A model generated the notes under the pieces. The model did not search any database and had not been told where the DNA came from. It saw only the letters and a program-made list of their open reading frames with translations. Shown in pieces: positions 35,562-47,699 of a stretch of 64,000 nucleotides of DNA (positions are counted from its first letter, which is position 1; each line of letters starts with the position of its first letter). Origin of the DNA: Asterias rubens (taxonomy: Eukaryota); NCBI RefSeq assembly GCF_902459465.1, contig NC_047081.1:1550001-1614000 (forward strand). Direction: 5' to 3'. Both the position numbers and the translations under genes were made by a program.

Positions 35562-37303
35562 GTAAATTTAAAGCTTAATTATTTCATAATTAATATTTAC
35601 CATAAAAATGTTTTGTGTAAATCTTACGTGCAATTATTGTATGGTTTTGGATCATTTTGATTATTATTATTCGGAGAAGTATGACAAATTAAACCGTACT
35701 TTTTTCGCTATTGAAAGTGAAATGTATTATTCGAAGCCAACCATTTAAATTATAATTATTAATGAATCATTTCGATGATGGTGTGAAATTTTTCAAAATC
35801 GATATTACCATAAACAGATACAACAATAAATTGCCTTCAACGGCGACACAAATTGCGAACGAAAGAAAACACTGCAAATGAGAGCCGGACTTCCGAAATG
35901 TGCATCATATTATTATTTTGTTAATTAGAAAATTAGACAAAATACATGGTAAATAGTACCGTTATTCAAATAAAAGTGCTTTTGAAAATTCAGATAATCA
36001 TCTAAAAACACCCATTATTGTGTGTTGTGTGTAATCGGTCCTCGCTAAACACAAATTAATTGGTAAATCAATACATGGGTAGTAATATTCACAGATAAAA
36101 AGATCATTATTTCGTAATTTCTTCGTTTCAAAAAATTAACATTTAATCTATAAAACTAAATTAATCAACATTGCATCTATAATTTTCAATATACATGTAG
36201 CGTCAATATTGTTCAAAAGATTTTGGTTTCCCATTATTTTCAATACAAGTTTATGATTATAAACATCTAGCCAGGCATAAAAATGTTTTCGGATAAGTAT
36301 AATAAAAAAAAAATCATCTGCCCAACGAAATAATGTGAGCAATTTCTAGCCATTGAGATATTCCAAATATTAGCCCTGGACTAAATAATGCGCCGACTAT
36401 TTTTAGATGAGGGGAAAAATAGTTGCGAGGGTAAGAATTCGGTCACGTGATGTGACTATACTCACACACTGTGAGAAAAATGTTGATGTTATTATTGCTG
36501 TAACATCAAGTAAGATTATGTCTATGTCTTAAACACAGAGCGATGGTCACTGACGGTCGAGATTGTAAATAATTTGTATAAGAAAATTTTCATTTTTGTT
36601 TTTCATTTTGTTCCACCATTTTGTTTACTGATTTTTATTAAGATTTTTATTGACTTAAAGGCAGTAGACACTATTGGTAATTGCTCAAAATAATTGTTAA
36701 CACAACAGCTTACTAGGTAATGAGCAATGGAGAGCTGTTGATAATATAAAACATTGTGAGAAACGGCTCCCTCTGAAGTAACGTAGTTTTTTGAGAAAGA
36801 AGTCATACCAGCTGATGAGGTCTCGAAATCAAGCATCTGAAAGCACACAACTTGTGCGACAAGGGTGTTTTTTTTCTTCCATTGTTCTCTCGCAACTTCG
36901 ACGACCAATTGAATTAATTTTTTCGAATTTCAGACCGGAAGAGTCTATATATATATATATATATAGGAGTGGCTTCTATAATGGAAAAAAAAAATGGGAT
37001 TTCAGAATAAGACGAAAAAGAAGGGGGAAAAGATAGATTTTGAAACATAATAATTGTAGTTTCGTTTGTTTTTTTGTTCATTTCAGATTTATGCGTGTGA
37101 TAATCAAAATATGGGCGACAGAGGGCAGCACGTCGTGCGGCCCATCCAGCCCAGTCTGCAATATTGGACTCCACACTCAAAAGCAAAATGTGGATCTGCA
37201 AATTAGAGAAACATGAAACAAGTCTGTTTCCTGCAACTGTATTTAAATCGATTGAAGGTGCAATATTTATTATAACATTGATGTAAAAGACAATTCAATT
37301 ATA

Positions 37304-38701
37304 ATGAAGAAATTCAGGCAGCTGATCCGAGAGTGTGGGGAGGGGACAGTGATGTACAATCACCTGCACATGAACTTACTGAAAGCCGGTTTAGTTCGCC
37401 CCCGTGGAGTGGGAACAGCCGGGCGAGCTAACGGCAAACCGCGCGGTAGAGGGCGCAGTCGCGGCCGCGGTGCCCGTGGAGCAAGACCGGAGGTTAAGAC
37501 AACTACGGTAAACCACCAGCAACAACAAGAGGCAACCAATGGTTTCCGGGGTCATAATGAGGTCAGCGCACTTTACCAACAACCCACCAATCACGGCCCG
37601 TTAGACTTAGTGACAAGGAGTGACCCACCAAAAGAGCACCAACAAATCTATTATGATTTTACATCTCATCACGAGACCGGTGACGCAAACAAACAGCACA
37701 GCTCTGGGGTGCAGAACCAAGGCATACAAGACAGTTCTAACTACCCGTTGAATTTAGCCACACCCAAAGTCTCCCATTTGACCATGCCCCATCCGGCTGT
37801 TCACAGGAACGGGTTTGCGAGGGAAGAACCGGATCCGGTTCCTCACAGGAACGGACACCACTCAGGACAAACTGATCAAAGAAGTGGCTATTTTTCAAGT
37901 CGCTTTTTCCCTGTGCCACCAGTATTGCATAAATTTACCCCCAACGTTGGTGTCGCTTTCGTCAAGGAGATCGTAGATTGCATCTTCCCCGACCTGGCAT
38001 ACCGCCCTCTGGCTGCTGAGGGACAGGAGTATCTTGAGGTCACCAGACGGGAGGGGACCCTTTATCCAGGTATAGGAAACGGAGAGGTCAAAATGGCACC
38101 AATCTCTCCATGTCACCCCGCGAGAATCTTGGTATCCCCAGAAGGTATGGTCATGTTTCAGGCCGCGAACAGGACGTTGGGGGCGGTAGAGGCACTGTCT
38201 GCTGGTGGCGATTCAACAGTCTGGCGCAAGAGTGTCCTGGAATGTGTGCAGAATCTCACTGCGAAGAGTGGATACCGGTTCTGTCCGGGGTTAGGGTTCC
38301 TCAACGGTCAAAGCAAATGCAGTGGGTTGTCTGCTCTCCCAAGTGCTGACGACATTGTGACGTCAGATTTCGGCTTGGGCTTCCGGTCAGTGTCATGTGA
38401 TCTCTGGTATCGTCCGATGCCAGGCAACAACAACAACAACAACACTGAAATTGCGCCAAACGATGTTTCCATGCCAACCCTAAGCAAGCATCTCAACAAC
38501 GAAGAGGGCGAGGAGGATGAACAACTAGACCCGACGGCTCTTCACGTCTCAGAACAATTCGGGGCGTGCACACAGTGCATCGAGTTGGGCCAGCAGCTCC
38601 AAAGGGACGGCCGACGCAAGCAGAGGAATCCTCGTAGCATGGAACAGTCGTCGGATTGCCCAGAAAGACTTGACACTAGCTATGAGAGATCGTTAATTTA
38701 A
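37304..38701 (+). CDS. Uncharacterised 465-aa protein: RG-rich N-terminal segment, disordered middle, C-terminal Cys module (FCPG...RSxSC...CxxC)
   Basis: Uninterrupted 1398-nt ORF that is GC-rich in an AT-rich background. ATG context is ataATGa. There is a probable upstream acceptor at 37086 and donor at 35561. Confidence 0.82.
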   Translation: MKKFRQLIRECGEGTVMYNHLHMNLLKAGLVRPRGVGTAGRANGKPRGRGRSRGRGARGARPEVKTTTVNHQQQQEATNGFRGHNEVSALYQQPTNHGPLDLVTRSDPPKEHQQIYYDFTSHHETGDANKQHSSGVQNQGIQDSSNYPLNLATPKVSHLTMPHPAVHRNGFAREEPDPVPHRNGHHSGQTDQRSGYFSSRFFPVPPVLHKFTPNVGVAFVKEIVDCIFPDLAYRPLAAEGQEYLEVTRREGTLYPGIGNGEVKMAPISPCHPARILVSPEGMVMFQAANRTLGAVEALSAGGDSTVWRKSVLECVQNLTAKSGYRFCPGLGFLNGQSKCSGLSALPSADDIVTSDFGLGFRSVSCDLWYRPMPGNNNNNNTEIAPNDVSMPTLSKHLNNEEGEEDEQLDPTALHVSEQFGACTQCIELGQQLQRDGRRKQRNPRSMEQSSDCPERLDTSYERSLI

Positions 38702-39390
38702 AACAACTGTTGCCGAAAATGGAAAAGGAAACAAACATTAATTTGATTGATTAAAAAGGTTTGAAAGCGACAAAAAAATGGATTATCTGGGATTAAGGCC
38801 AGTATTGATCAGAACAATAGTTAACAAAAAATGCATAATATCACCCAAACCAGTTGAATATTGTTTAGATAAGTGCGGCCTACAGCATGCGCGTCCAAAT
38901 ACAATACATTAGTTTTCATTCGTGTACTTCTGGGTACAAGACACAGTTATTAGTTTAGTCAATAGATTAACCAACAAATTAACCATTTACATACTGTTAC
39001 ACTAGGTACCACCCTGCCCCCAATCTTTCGCAGCCATTTTGAAAAAAATAGAAATTGCTTTTTATTCTACCTACACTTCTCACCTGCAATAGCACTACAT
39101 TCAGATATTATGCAAATTAAATCACACGTTTGTATCATCAACTAATGTACAAAAGATTTGTTGTATAACAACAATTTCTGTCGTGTGAACTATCTATACT
39201 GAATCAATGATAGAGCACGAAAATTGTTTAAAAGCAGGTTTCACTAAATAGACAGTAGATTTTCCCAGAAATCATCCTTGTCATTTGATTTGTGGAGCAC
39301 TCGTCACGTGATATCCTTTTTGTAATGTATTGACTGCCGCGACACTCCAACACTTTTGATAAGAACGCTTTGGACGCCCCGCCCAATTAA

Positions 39391-39539
39391 GGATGCGTTC
39401 TTTTAGCTTCCCTAGGTCGACCCCGGTGTGTGGCGTTTTTTTCCAGGACGAACGTGGGTAATTATCTGCACACGTTCGTCCTGGAAAAACAAAACGCCAC
39501 ACACCGGGGTCGACCCGGGGAAGCTAAGCGAACGCACCC
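39391..39539. mobile_element. Approximately 150-bp palindromic MITE (gggtgcgttcgtttagcttccc type)
   Basis: Long inverted arms; second copy at 45794-45946. Confidence 0.85.
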
Positions 39540-39697
39540 GATGTGAGACTGCACAGTGCGAGAGCAGTAGTCTCGCGGGGGCCAGCAGTCTCGCAAGAAT
39601 ATCGTCCACAAGTCTAGCAACTAAAAATATTCTGAATGAATGGAGATGTATCTTTTAATTAATAATGTTCATATAGATGAAAGTAGGTCAATTGAAA

Positions 39698-40086
39698 TTA
39701 AAGGAACACGTTGTCTTGGATCGGACGAGTTGGTCTATAAAAAGCGTTTGAAACCGTTTGTTATGAAATGCATATGGTTAGAAAGATGTTTTAAAAGTAG
39801 AATATAATGATCCACACAAGTATCACACGAAACTGCACGGTTTTCCTTTTACGTCGCGAACTATCACGGTCGGCCATTTATGGGAGTCAAAATTTTGACT
39901 CCCATATATGGCCGACCGTGTTAGTCGACAGGGTAAAAAGAAAACATGCAATTTCGATGCATATTTGTGTAGATCATTGTATTCTACTTTAACAATATCT
40001 TTCTAGCCATATACATTTACAACAAACGGTTACAGAACGATTTTCAAAGACCAACTCGACCGATCCAAGGCAACGTGTTCCTTTAA
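39698..40086. mobile_element. 381-bp fold-back MITE with TTAA TSD (aggaacacgttg(c/t)cttggatcgg type); a partial copy lies at 44570-44840
   Basis: The whole element is an imperfect palindrome centred on gggagtcaaaattttgactccc. Confidence 0.88.
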
Positions 40087-40270
40087 TCTCTATTGTTGGA
40101 AATCATGTCATACACACACCTTTGTGTAAAACAAAAAGCGACCTGCGTTTACAGCTTGGAGTTCGCACCAAATATCATACGTAAAGGAATGGAATACAAA
40201 TCATCAGACAGTGTTTATGTTTTGTGTGATCAACCACACATGAAATAACAAAGCTGTGAAAATTTGGACC

Positions 40271-41878
40271 TAAAGGCTCTGTGGGTACTTGGTAATATTG
40301 TCAAAGACCAGTATTGTCACTTTGAGTATACCAACATGTACAAACAATAACAAACCTGTATAATTTTGAACTCAGATGGCTATTACAAGAAAGTTTTGGA
40401 GAAAAAATACCTCATTGTTGCACACGAGTGTGTGCTTTTAGATGCATGAGAAAGTGCTCCAGGTCTGAAGCCTCCTCAGATTTAAATATTTAAGATTATT
40501 ATTATTATTATTATTCATGGTTTATTTATTAAAACACTGCAATACAGCGGCTAAAAAGCCGAAATGCACAGTTTACAAAAAAGCCATTGAAAAACATTAC
40601 TATTATATATATATAAAAACAAAATATATAAATGTATAAACTTAAAAAGAGCACAAAAACAATTTGATAAGATTAGAAAACCAACCATCGCTCACTTAGA
40701 AAAACCAATATAATTGTCATTAAAGTTGCAGCAATGATTACTAATGAGACTAGGAGTCGCTACATGGCAAAAAAAAAAGAAATGGCAAATCCCAGTTGGC
40801 AAGAACACATTTGGTAATAACAATTTAAAAAAAAAGGCAATTTACAATTAAACCATCCATTACTATAAAAAAAGAAGATAGATATTTTAAGCCGAGGGGA
40901 TTTGGCCAGAAGTTCACAAAATGCGGGCAAGAGCAGGAATAGTGGATCGTTTGTACCTTTCAGTACGACACTTGGGAATGTGAAGCCCGGTTACTGTGCT
41001 GGCTCGAAGTACTCTATCACGTGTAGTAGTTTTTTTCCGGGGGGAGCATGTTCCTAAACTTAGAGGATCCAAGTAAGTTCTTACCAAACTTTATAAAAAG
41101 GTCTTCTCTTCTAGACTTGAGTGATGAGATGCCCAGTAATTCAAGTGCCATGGTATAGGACTTATATTGAAGGCCAAGAATAATGCGGGCGGCACGTTTC
41201 TGAACATTTTCAACAGCAATAACCTGGCGCTCAGTAATAGAGCTGTGCCAAACTTGACTAGCGTATTCCAGAACAGGTCTAATATAACAAGTATAAACTG
41301 CCACCATGTCTGTAGTAGGTACTTTGGATTTACGTAGTACGCACAAAGTGTACAACCTACGGGATGCCTTAGAAACAACTTCCGCAATGTGTATGTCCCA
41401 TTTTAAGTTGTTTTGAACAGTCACACCAAGCAATTTAATTGAAGTTGCACACCTGAGATTTATCGAATTGAGAGAAACCGAAGTTTGAGGTACATCGCGC
41501 TTCAAAAAAGATATCGTCATTGTGCAACATTTCTCAGGTTTTGGGAGCACATCATTACTTTTACACCAGGTAGATAAGTTATCAAGGTGATCTTGTATAG
41601 AGGATTGTTGATCATACTTGACAACTTCACCTAAAGTAAGATCATCCACATACTTCCACCGCCCACAACCTCCAACTGATGCATCATTAACTAACACAAG
41701 AAACAAAATGGGTCCCAGATAAAATACATGTACCTCTTTCTTAAAAACTACGTTACTTCAGAGGGAGCCGTTTCTACCCACTGCTTTATACTATCAACGG
41801 CTCCCTGTTGCTCGCTACCAATGAATGATTTTTAAAGCTAATTATTTTGAGTAATTGCTAAGCGTGTCCAGTGCCTTT
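40271..41878. mobile_element. Kolobok-like MITE interrupted by the LINE
   Basis: The left part (40271-40494) and right part (41719-41878) are consecutive pieces of the family seen intact at 22433-22733. Confidence 0.7.
40495..41718 (-). mobile_element. 5'-truncated non-LTR retrotransposon (CR1/L2/Crack-group-like): RT C-terminal part, 3' UTR, (AAT)n tail
   Basis: LGPILFLVLVND...KYVDD RT motifs, LLGVTVQNNLKW and YTCYIRPVLEYASQVW. There is a frameshift near 41020. The 3' end has AATAAA and (ATT)7 at 40495-40515. Confidence 0.9.
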
Positions 41879-41954
41879 GAAGGATGGGGGGCAGAAATAT
41901 AAATCGCAGACAGTGTCCATGTTGTGTGTGATCAATAACAAATAACAAACCTGT

Positions 41955-42171
41955 AAAAGTAGGATTTGAAACTTTGCATGGTGGAAGTAAGATATAGAAA
42001 AGTTTGCGGTAACACCATGTAATAACAATCTCTCAATGAGTTGGGGTGGTTCTGAAAAGAACCGTTGGATTAACTCAATCCAACGGTTCTTTTATCCAAC
42101 GGTTCTTTTCAGAACCACCCCAACTCATTGAGAGATTGTTATTACATGGTGTTACCGCAAACTTTTCTATA
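41955..42171. mobile_element. Penelope-like terminal fragment forming a perfect 78-bp inverted repeat
   Basis: Arms 41993-42070 and 42094-42171 are exact reverse complements. Related single copies lie at 12835-12890, 16330-16437, 56047-56150 and 63490-63600. The Penelope assignment is inference. Confidence 0.6.
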
Positions 42172-45100
42172 AACCTGTAAAAAATGTTGGCTAAATTTGT
42201 TTTGTGAGTCGGGAATTGTTTTTTGAAAGTCATGTAATCTGGTTGAGATCTTATGCAGTATGAAATTGTCGAGAAAATTTGACACATGATAGTATAGTTA
42301 AATTTTAGAGCATTATGACAGATAACTCGTCGTTATTGAGACGAAAGTTGCTGGTAGCGGCACTTCTTGGAAAAATATTATACATAAAAACACGGTGAAA
42401 ACTCCTTACTGGTTTTCTGGACACCATAAACACAGAGTTAATGTTAAAGTACCCAACTGTGTTTCAATGGTCGTCGTTGTTTATGATGTTGTGTATTTTG
42501 TTACATTTCTTTTACCGAATGCAATAGTGAATGCAATTAATAAATCAGATTTTCTCGTTTATACAATGTTTTTTGTGTCAGATTACTCAGAACTTCCTGG
42601 TGAAACGCAAACAACATTCCGTTTGCAGTGGACGGTCACGGGACACTCCGTGCAGCCCTTTCACGGTTTGGGAAAGACGGTAAACACCGGAAAGCCAATA
42701 TGACCTATGACACCACAAGGTCACAAGGTCAATATGCTTTGAACAGTCGAATGAGTGAACTATGACACTTCAGACAGGGAGGGGTGAACCCCAACCTATA
42801 GAAAATATAGCATCGGCCTTAAACGTATTTGGTAGACCCTCCACAATATTCTATTGCAGACAGATTTGAGAGCCCAAGAAAAGAAAAGGGATACCTCCCT
42901 GACCTTGCCACATACCCTAATTAATACCAGTTTCATCTTTAGTAAACTGAGCTGAAAATTTGAGCTCAATCGGTCATGCGCGATAATAATGACGAAACAA
43001 AAACACTTGTCACACGGAGTTGTGTGCTTTCAGATGCTTGATTTCGAGACCTCAAGTTCACTGAGGTCTCGAAATCAAATTCGTGGAAAATTACTTCTTT
43101 CTCGAAAACTACTCCACTTCATAGGGAGCCGTTTCTCACAATGTTTTATACTACCAAATTCGATCTTACTCGTTAAGTTAGGTTTTATGCTAATAATTAC
43201 TTTTGAGTAACTACCAATAGTGTCCACCGCCTTTTAGAGAATGCCTGGGTGCCAGTATCAAAACAACAGTCAGATAAGGCTACCATATAGACACTAAGCA
43301 CATAAGCACAACATTGGCATTACTGTTGACATGTATACAATCGATTCATCAAAGAGAGTTTAGAATAAAGCCCACTAATACATCAGAACACCTGTATTTT
43401 TCCCAATTTGTTTTGGCCTTGACATTATGATGTTGACTTTTATTTTGAAAAAAAAGAAAGAAAAAAAGTACCTGAAAGTTGAACGCGAATTCATGACTGA
43501 TTAACATCAAAATTAATGAGGTCAGACCAAAAACCCCCTTAACAACACCCATAGTGTTGTATTATTGCACACAATGACTAAGACAAACATTAGACAACCA
43601 AGGTATGTGGGATTTGAATCGTTAGCAGGAAAAACATACCCGCATTTTTGTAATATTCCCCGTGTAAACTTCTGTATTAGATTCATTGTAATTCATTTGC
43701 ATAAAACCAGCATTTTGTTGCCAGCGCCCATTGTCACACACAGCTCAGCTATAGTCATTGATGTATATAGTATAGTTTTCGTACTAACTGTGGCTACACG
43801 GATAGCAGTGACACAAAATGTGCATTACGAGTGTCCGCAAAAACTTACAATGTCGTCTGCTATGGGATTTATCATTAAGACTTCCACACCGGACTCAAAC
43901 CCGAAGGATGGAAAAAGGAGACTTGTTTTAATGAAATGAAAAGCACTTTACGGTGAGTAGACCATTATTTTCTGTATCAATAATTTCCTCCATTGTTTGC
44001 ACATGGCAATTTGTTACACTATGGAAACCAATACATTTTGACTGGGCCGCAGTGGGTATAATTACTTTCTATAATGTATCCATTGGTACGACGATTGAGG
44101 AGTTTTGAAGCACATTATATCACTGGGGAATTATACTTTAGGTGATTATTCAATTCAATAATTAAATTAAATTCAATTAAATAAGGTTGGTTGAAATATC
44201 ACACAATATTATTCTTAAAATGTCGTACAGGTCAACCATAAATAATTTTTTTTTACTAGTTTACTATTTTCTGTGAATGTTTAGTATTATTTTAAAAAAA
44301 TCTGTTTTTTTGTTGTTGGGGGGGGGGGGGGGGGTTACGAACATAACCCCCCCCCCCCCCCGCCAACATTTAACTTCGGGTTTATTTTTCCGAGACACCA
44401 CCAAAAACGTTTCTTTGAGGAGTTATATATAACAAGTGTTGTAGGTTACTGTAATGGAATTAAGTGCATCGCGTCATTTTGGTCAGTTTGGCATATCAAG
44501 ATAACACCCGTAGTTATTCTGAAGTACATCTCAATCGAGTGTTGGGGTCGCCAAAACGCACTCCAGAACAACGGTGCCTCGAAATTGCGTGGTTTTCCCT
44601 TTAATTTGAGAACCAACACGGCCTGCCATTTATGGGAGTCAACAAATTTGACATCCGTAACTGGCCGACCGTGTTTGTCGTCGAGGTAAAAGGAAAACCG
44701 TGCAATTTCGAGGCGTGTTTGTGTGGATCATTGTATTCTACTTTTACAACATCTTTCGACCCAAATGCATTTTATAACAAACGGTTACAAACGCTTTTCA
44801 AAGACCAATTCGACCGATCCAAGGCAACGTGTTCCTGTAAGCACTGTTCTTACTTATATGACCTTTTAAGGGTCACGTGCAGTCCTTTTTGTTCCTACAG
44901 TTTATCATTAATTAGCACCATACATGCTTTCTGCAATTTGTATATCTCATGAATGTGTAAATATTCACCCATCCTAATTGACATAAATTATAATTACCCC
45001 GATGGTGCTATTACCTGCTAGTTTGCATAAACTATGCAAATTAGTGACGCGTGTACGAGCGTACTTTTTAAAGGGAAATTGGTGATTAGAACCAACGTCA

Positions 45101-45603
45101 ATTAATTTATGAAGTCAATTAATTAATTTATATTTATAATTATTGTACAATTTCAGTATATCGAAGCTGCCGGAACACCCACTACCCCACAGACCATTGG
45201 CGTCCATTGGGGGGGGGGGGGGGGGGGGCAGGGGGACACGTCCCCCCATCTTTTTGAGGATGGGGACACAATATCAAATGTCCCCCATCTTTTTGACTAC
45301 CTTTATCATGAAGCCCAAGTTTTGCACTGTGTAAGACGAAACCTTGTGTCCAACCATGGGCATTATCCCCCCCCCCCTCAAAATTGACACTAGATTGCAT
45401 CACAGGGCGGCATCTAAAATGCAAAATTTCCCCGGGACCTTATAATCGGGCCCGGACACCACGCCGTTAACGTTATGTCCCCCAATCTTTTAAGACGTAA
45501 TGACGCCCCTGCACGTCATTGACCTTTAAAAAATAAGTTAAAAAAATGTTAAGTTTCGTTGATTTGTGTTCACAACAAAAAGGTGACGTCAACACATCTA
45601 TCT

Positions 45604-45790
45604 TAACTTTACCGATGTGAGCATACTCAGTACTTATGTCAGCTCTGTTACAGGCATATTACTCGGGTGGGATTCGAACCCACGACCTCTGCAACTCTAG
45701 AGCAGTGTCTTGCCAACTAGACTACCGAGGTTGCCCGGTAGCTACAGAGGCAGTTAGAATCCTATGTTTTAGCAGAGGGTATACTGCATC
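45604..45790 (-). mobile_element. tRNA-derived SINE
   Basis: The reverse strand reads tagtctagttggcaagacactgctctagagttgcagaggtcgtgggttcgaatcccacccgagtaa (A-box-like and B-box). Confidence 0.8.
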
Positions 45791-45793
45791 TAT

Positions 45794-45946
45794 GGGTGCG
45801 TTCGTTTAGCTTCCCTGGGTCGACCCCGGTGCGTGGCGGTTTTTTTTTACCAGGACGAACGTGGGTAATTATCTGCACACACTTGTCCTGGGAAAAAAAT
45901 CCGCCACACACCAGGGTCGACCCAGGGAAGCTAAACGAACGCACCC
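45794..45946. mobile_element. Approximately 150-bp palindromic MITE, same family as 39391-39539
   Basis: Near-perfect arms gggtgcgttcgtttagcttccctgggtcgaccc / gggtcgacccagggaagctaaacgaacgcaccc. Confidence 0.88.
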
Positions 45947-47699
45947 TATTTAACCTAATCTTATTGAGCGTTTTTCTTTAAAGCCAAGTTCTGACACCTT
46001 GTTATTAAAATATGAAAATGACCAAACTCAAACTCATTTTATCAGACTGCATGCAACTTCTAAACAAAATTGAAAATATGAATTTACTTTAAAGTTGCAA
46101 TGACTACATTCAACTTTCCCGATGAGCGGATGAACGGCTGTTCAATGTTAAACGGAAGCTCTAAATATCAGTAACACACCTTTAGGTGCAATGCAAAATT
46201 CAATTGATCGTGCTTTAACTCGCATTGTGATTGTGTGATGTTGCGGTAAAACACGTGTTAAAACAAAGTGTGAAAATCACATATTTTTTTTAAAACTCAA
46301 TACTTGTGGCAGATTCGTTTAAAGGCGCTGAACACTATATTGGTAAGAACTCAAAATAATTGTTAGCGTAGAAACTTCGTTGGTAATGAGTAATGAGGGC
46401 TGTTAGATAGTATAAAACATTGTGAGAAACGGCTCCCTTTGATAGTTTGTAACCACTCCAAACTTTAGGAATAGCTATTTGAAATTCAAATAGGTTTTCG
46501 GATCTAATACGCTGCAAATTGGATCTAGCGTTTTAAATGATCACATTTTTAAGGGGATGGTGCTTCTTTGGTAAGTATACCTTTTGGTAATTACTAAAAA
46601 ATATTAATTACCATAAAAACGTACTCGGTATAGAGCACAGGAGAGCTGTTAATTGTTAGAAACGCCCCCCTTTGAAGCAATACAGTTCTAGCGAAAGAGG
46701 TAAACAAATATTGCACAAGTTTGGTTAAAGACACTGGACACTCAAAGACCAGTCTTCTCACTTGGTGAATCTCAACATATGCATAAAATGACAACCCTGT
46801 AAATTTGAGCTTGATTGGTCATCGAAGTTGCGCGATAATAATGAAAGAAAAAGCACCCTTGCCACACAAAGTTGTGTGCGTTTAGATGGTTGATTTCGAG
46901 ACCTCAATATTCTAAACCTGAGGTATCGAAATCAAATTCCTGGAAAACTACTTCTTTCTTGAAAACTATGTCACTTCAGAGGGAACCATATCTCTCGATG
47001 TTTTATACCATCAACCTCTCCCCATTACTAGTCACCAAATAAGGTTTTGTGCTAATAATAATTTTGAGTAATTACCAATAGTGTCCACATCATTTAAATG
47101 GCTTCAGGCATGAAGCCTTTCTCAGCAGGTATCTGAAAGCATACATTTCTACGCAACAAAGGTGTTGCGTATTAAAAATTAGAATTTGAGAAAGGCTTCA
47201 GACATGAAGCCATCCAAAAAGAACGCAGTTCTAGACAACACGTGTGAATTTTCTTTCATTATTTTCATGCAACTTCGAAGACAAAGTGAGCCCGAACTTT
47301 CACAGGTTTGCTATTTTATGCACGCTGGGTGCACCAAACGAGGATACCAAAAGTATGCCCTGCCTCGTTGTGTGTAAATATACAACCTTTCCTAAGGTAT
47401 TAAACAACCCAAGTAAATGTATTTGTTGCCAGTCTTTTCGAACTTATTTCAAAACATTCAACACATCCTCAACAAATTTATTTGATCATATTTTGTATTC
47501 CCCATGAAGTAAAATAAGCACATTCAAATGTATATTGATTAAGTTTTGAAAAATATTTCACTTGCGACAGAACAACATTGTTCCACGGTTGTCTACTGAT
47601 ATTGTTATGAAGTTTTGAAACAAAACCGAAAGAAAGTTCACACACAAGCCCCCCCCCCCAATTGCCATAAATGGAACCCGAGAAGCGTTACTGTTAGTT

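Noticed and set aside
36816-36835. CTGATGAggtctcGAAA minimal hammerhead-like string
   Set aside because: It arises from a deletion inside a MITE. Stem II is only about 1 bp and there are no stems I or III.
39281-39658. Short ORFs on both strands repeated at 45762-45981
   Set aside because: They are translations of a palindromic MITE.
45660-45735. tRNA-like sequence with an apparent CTA (amber suppressor) anticodon loop
   Set aside because: The anticodon and acceptor stems do not pair. It is the head of a multi-copy SINE.
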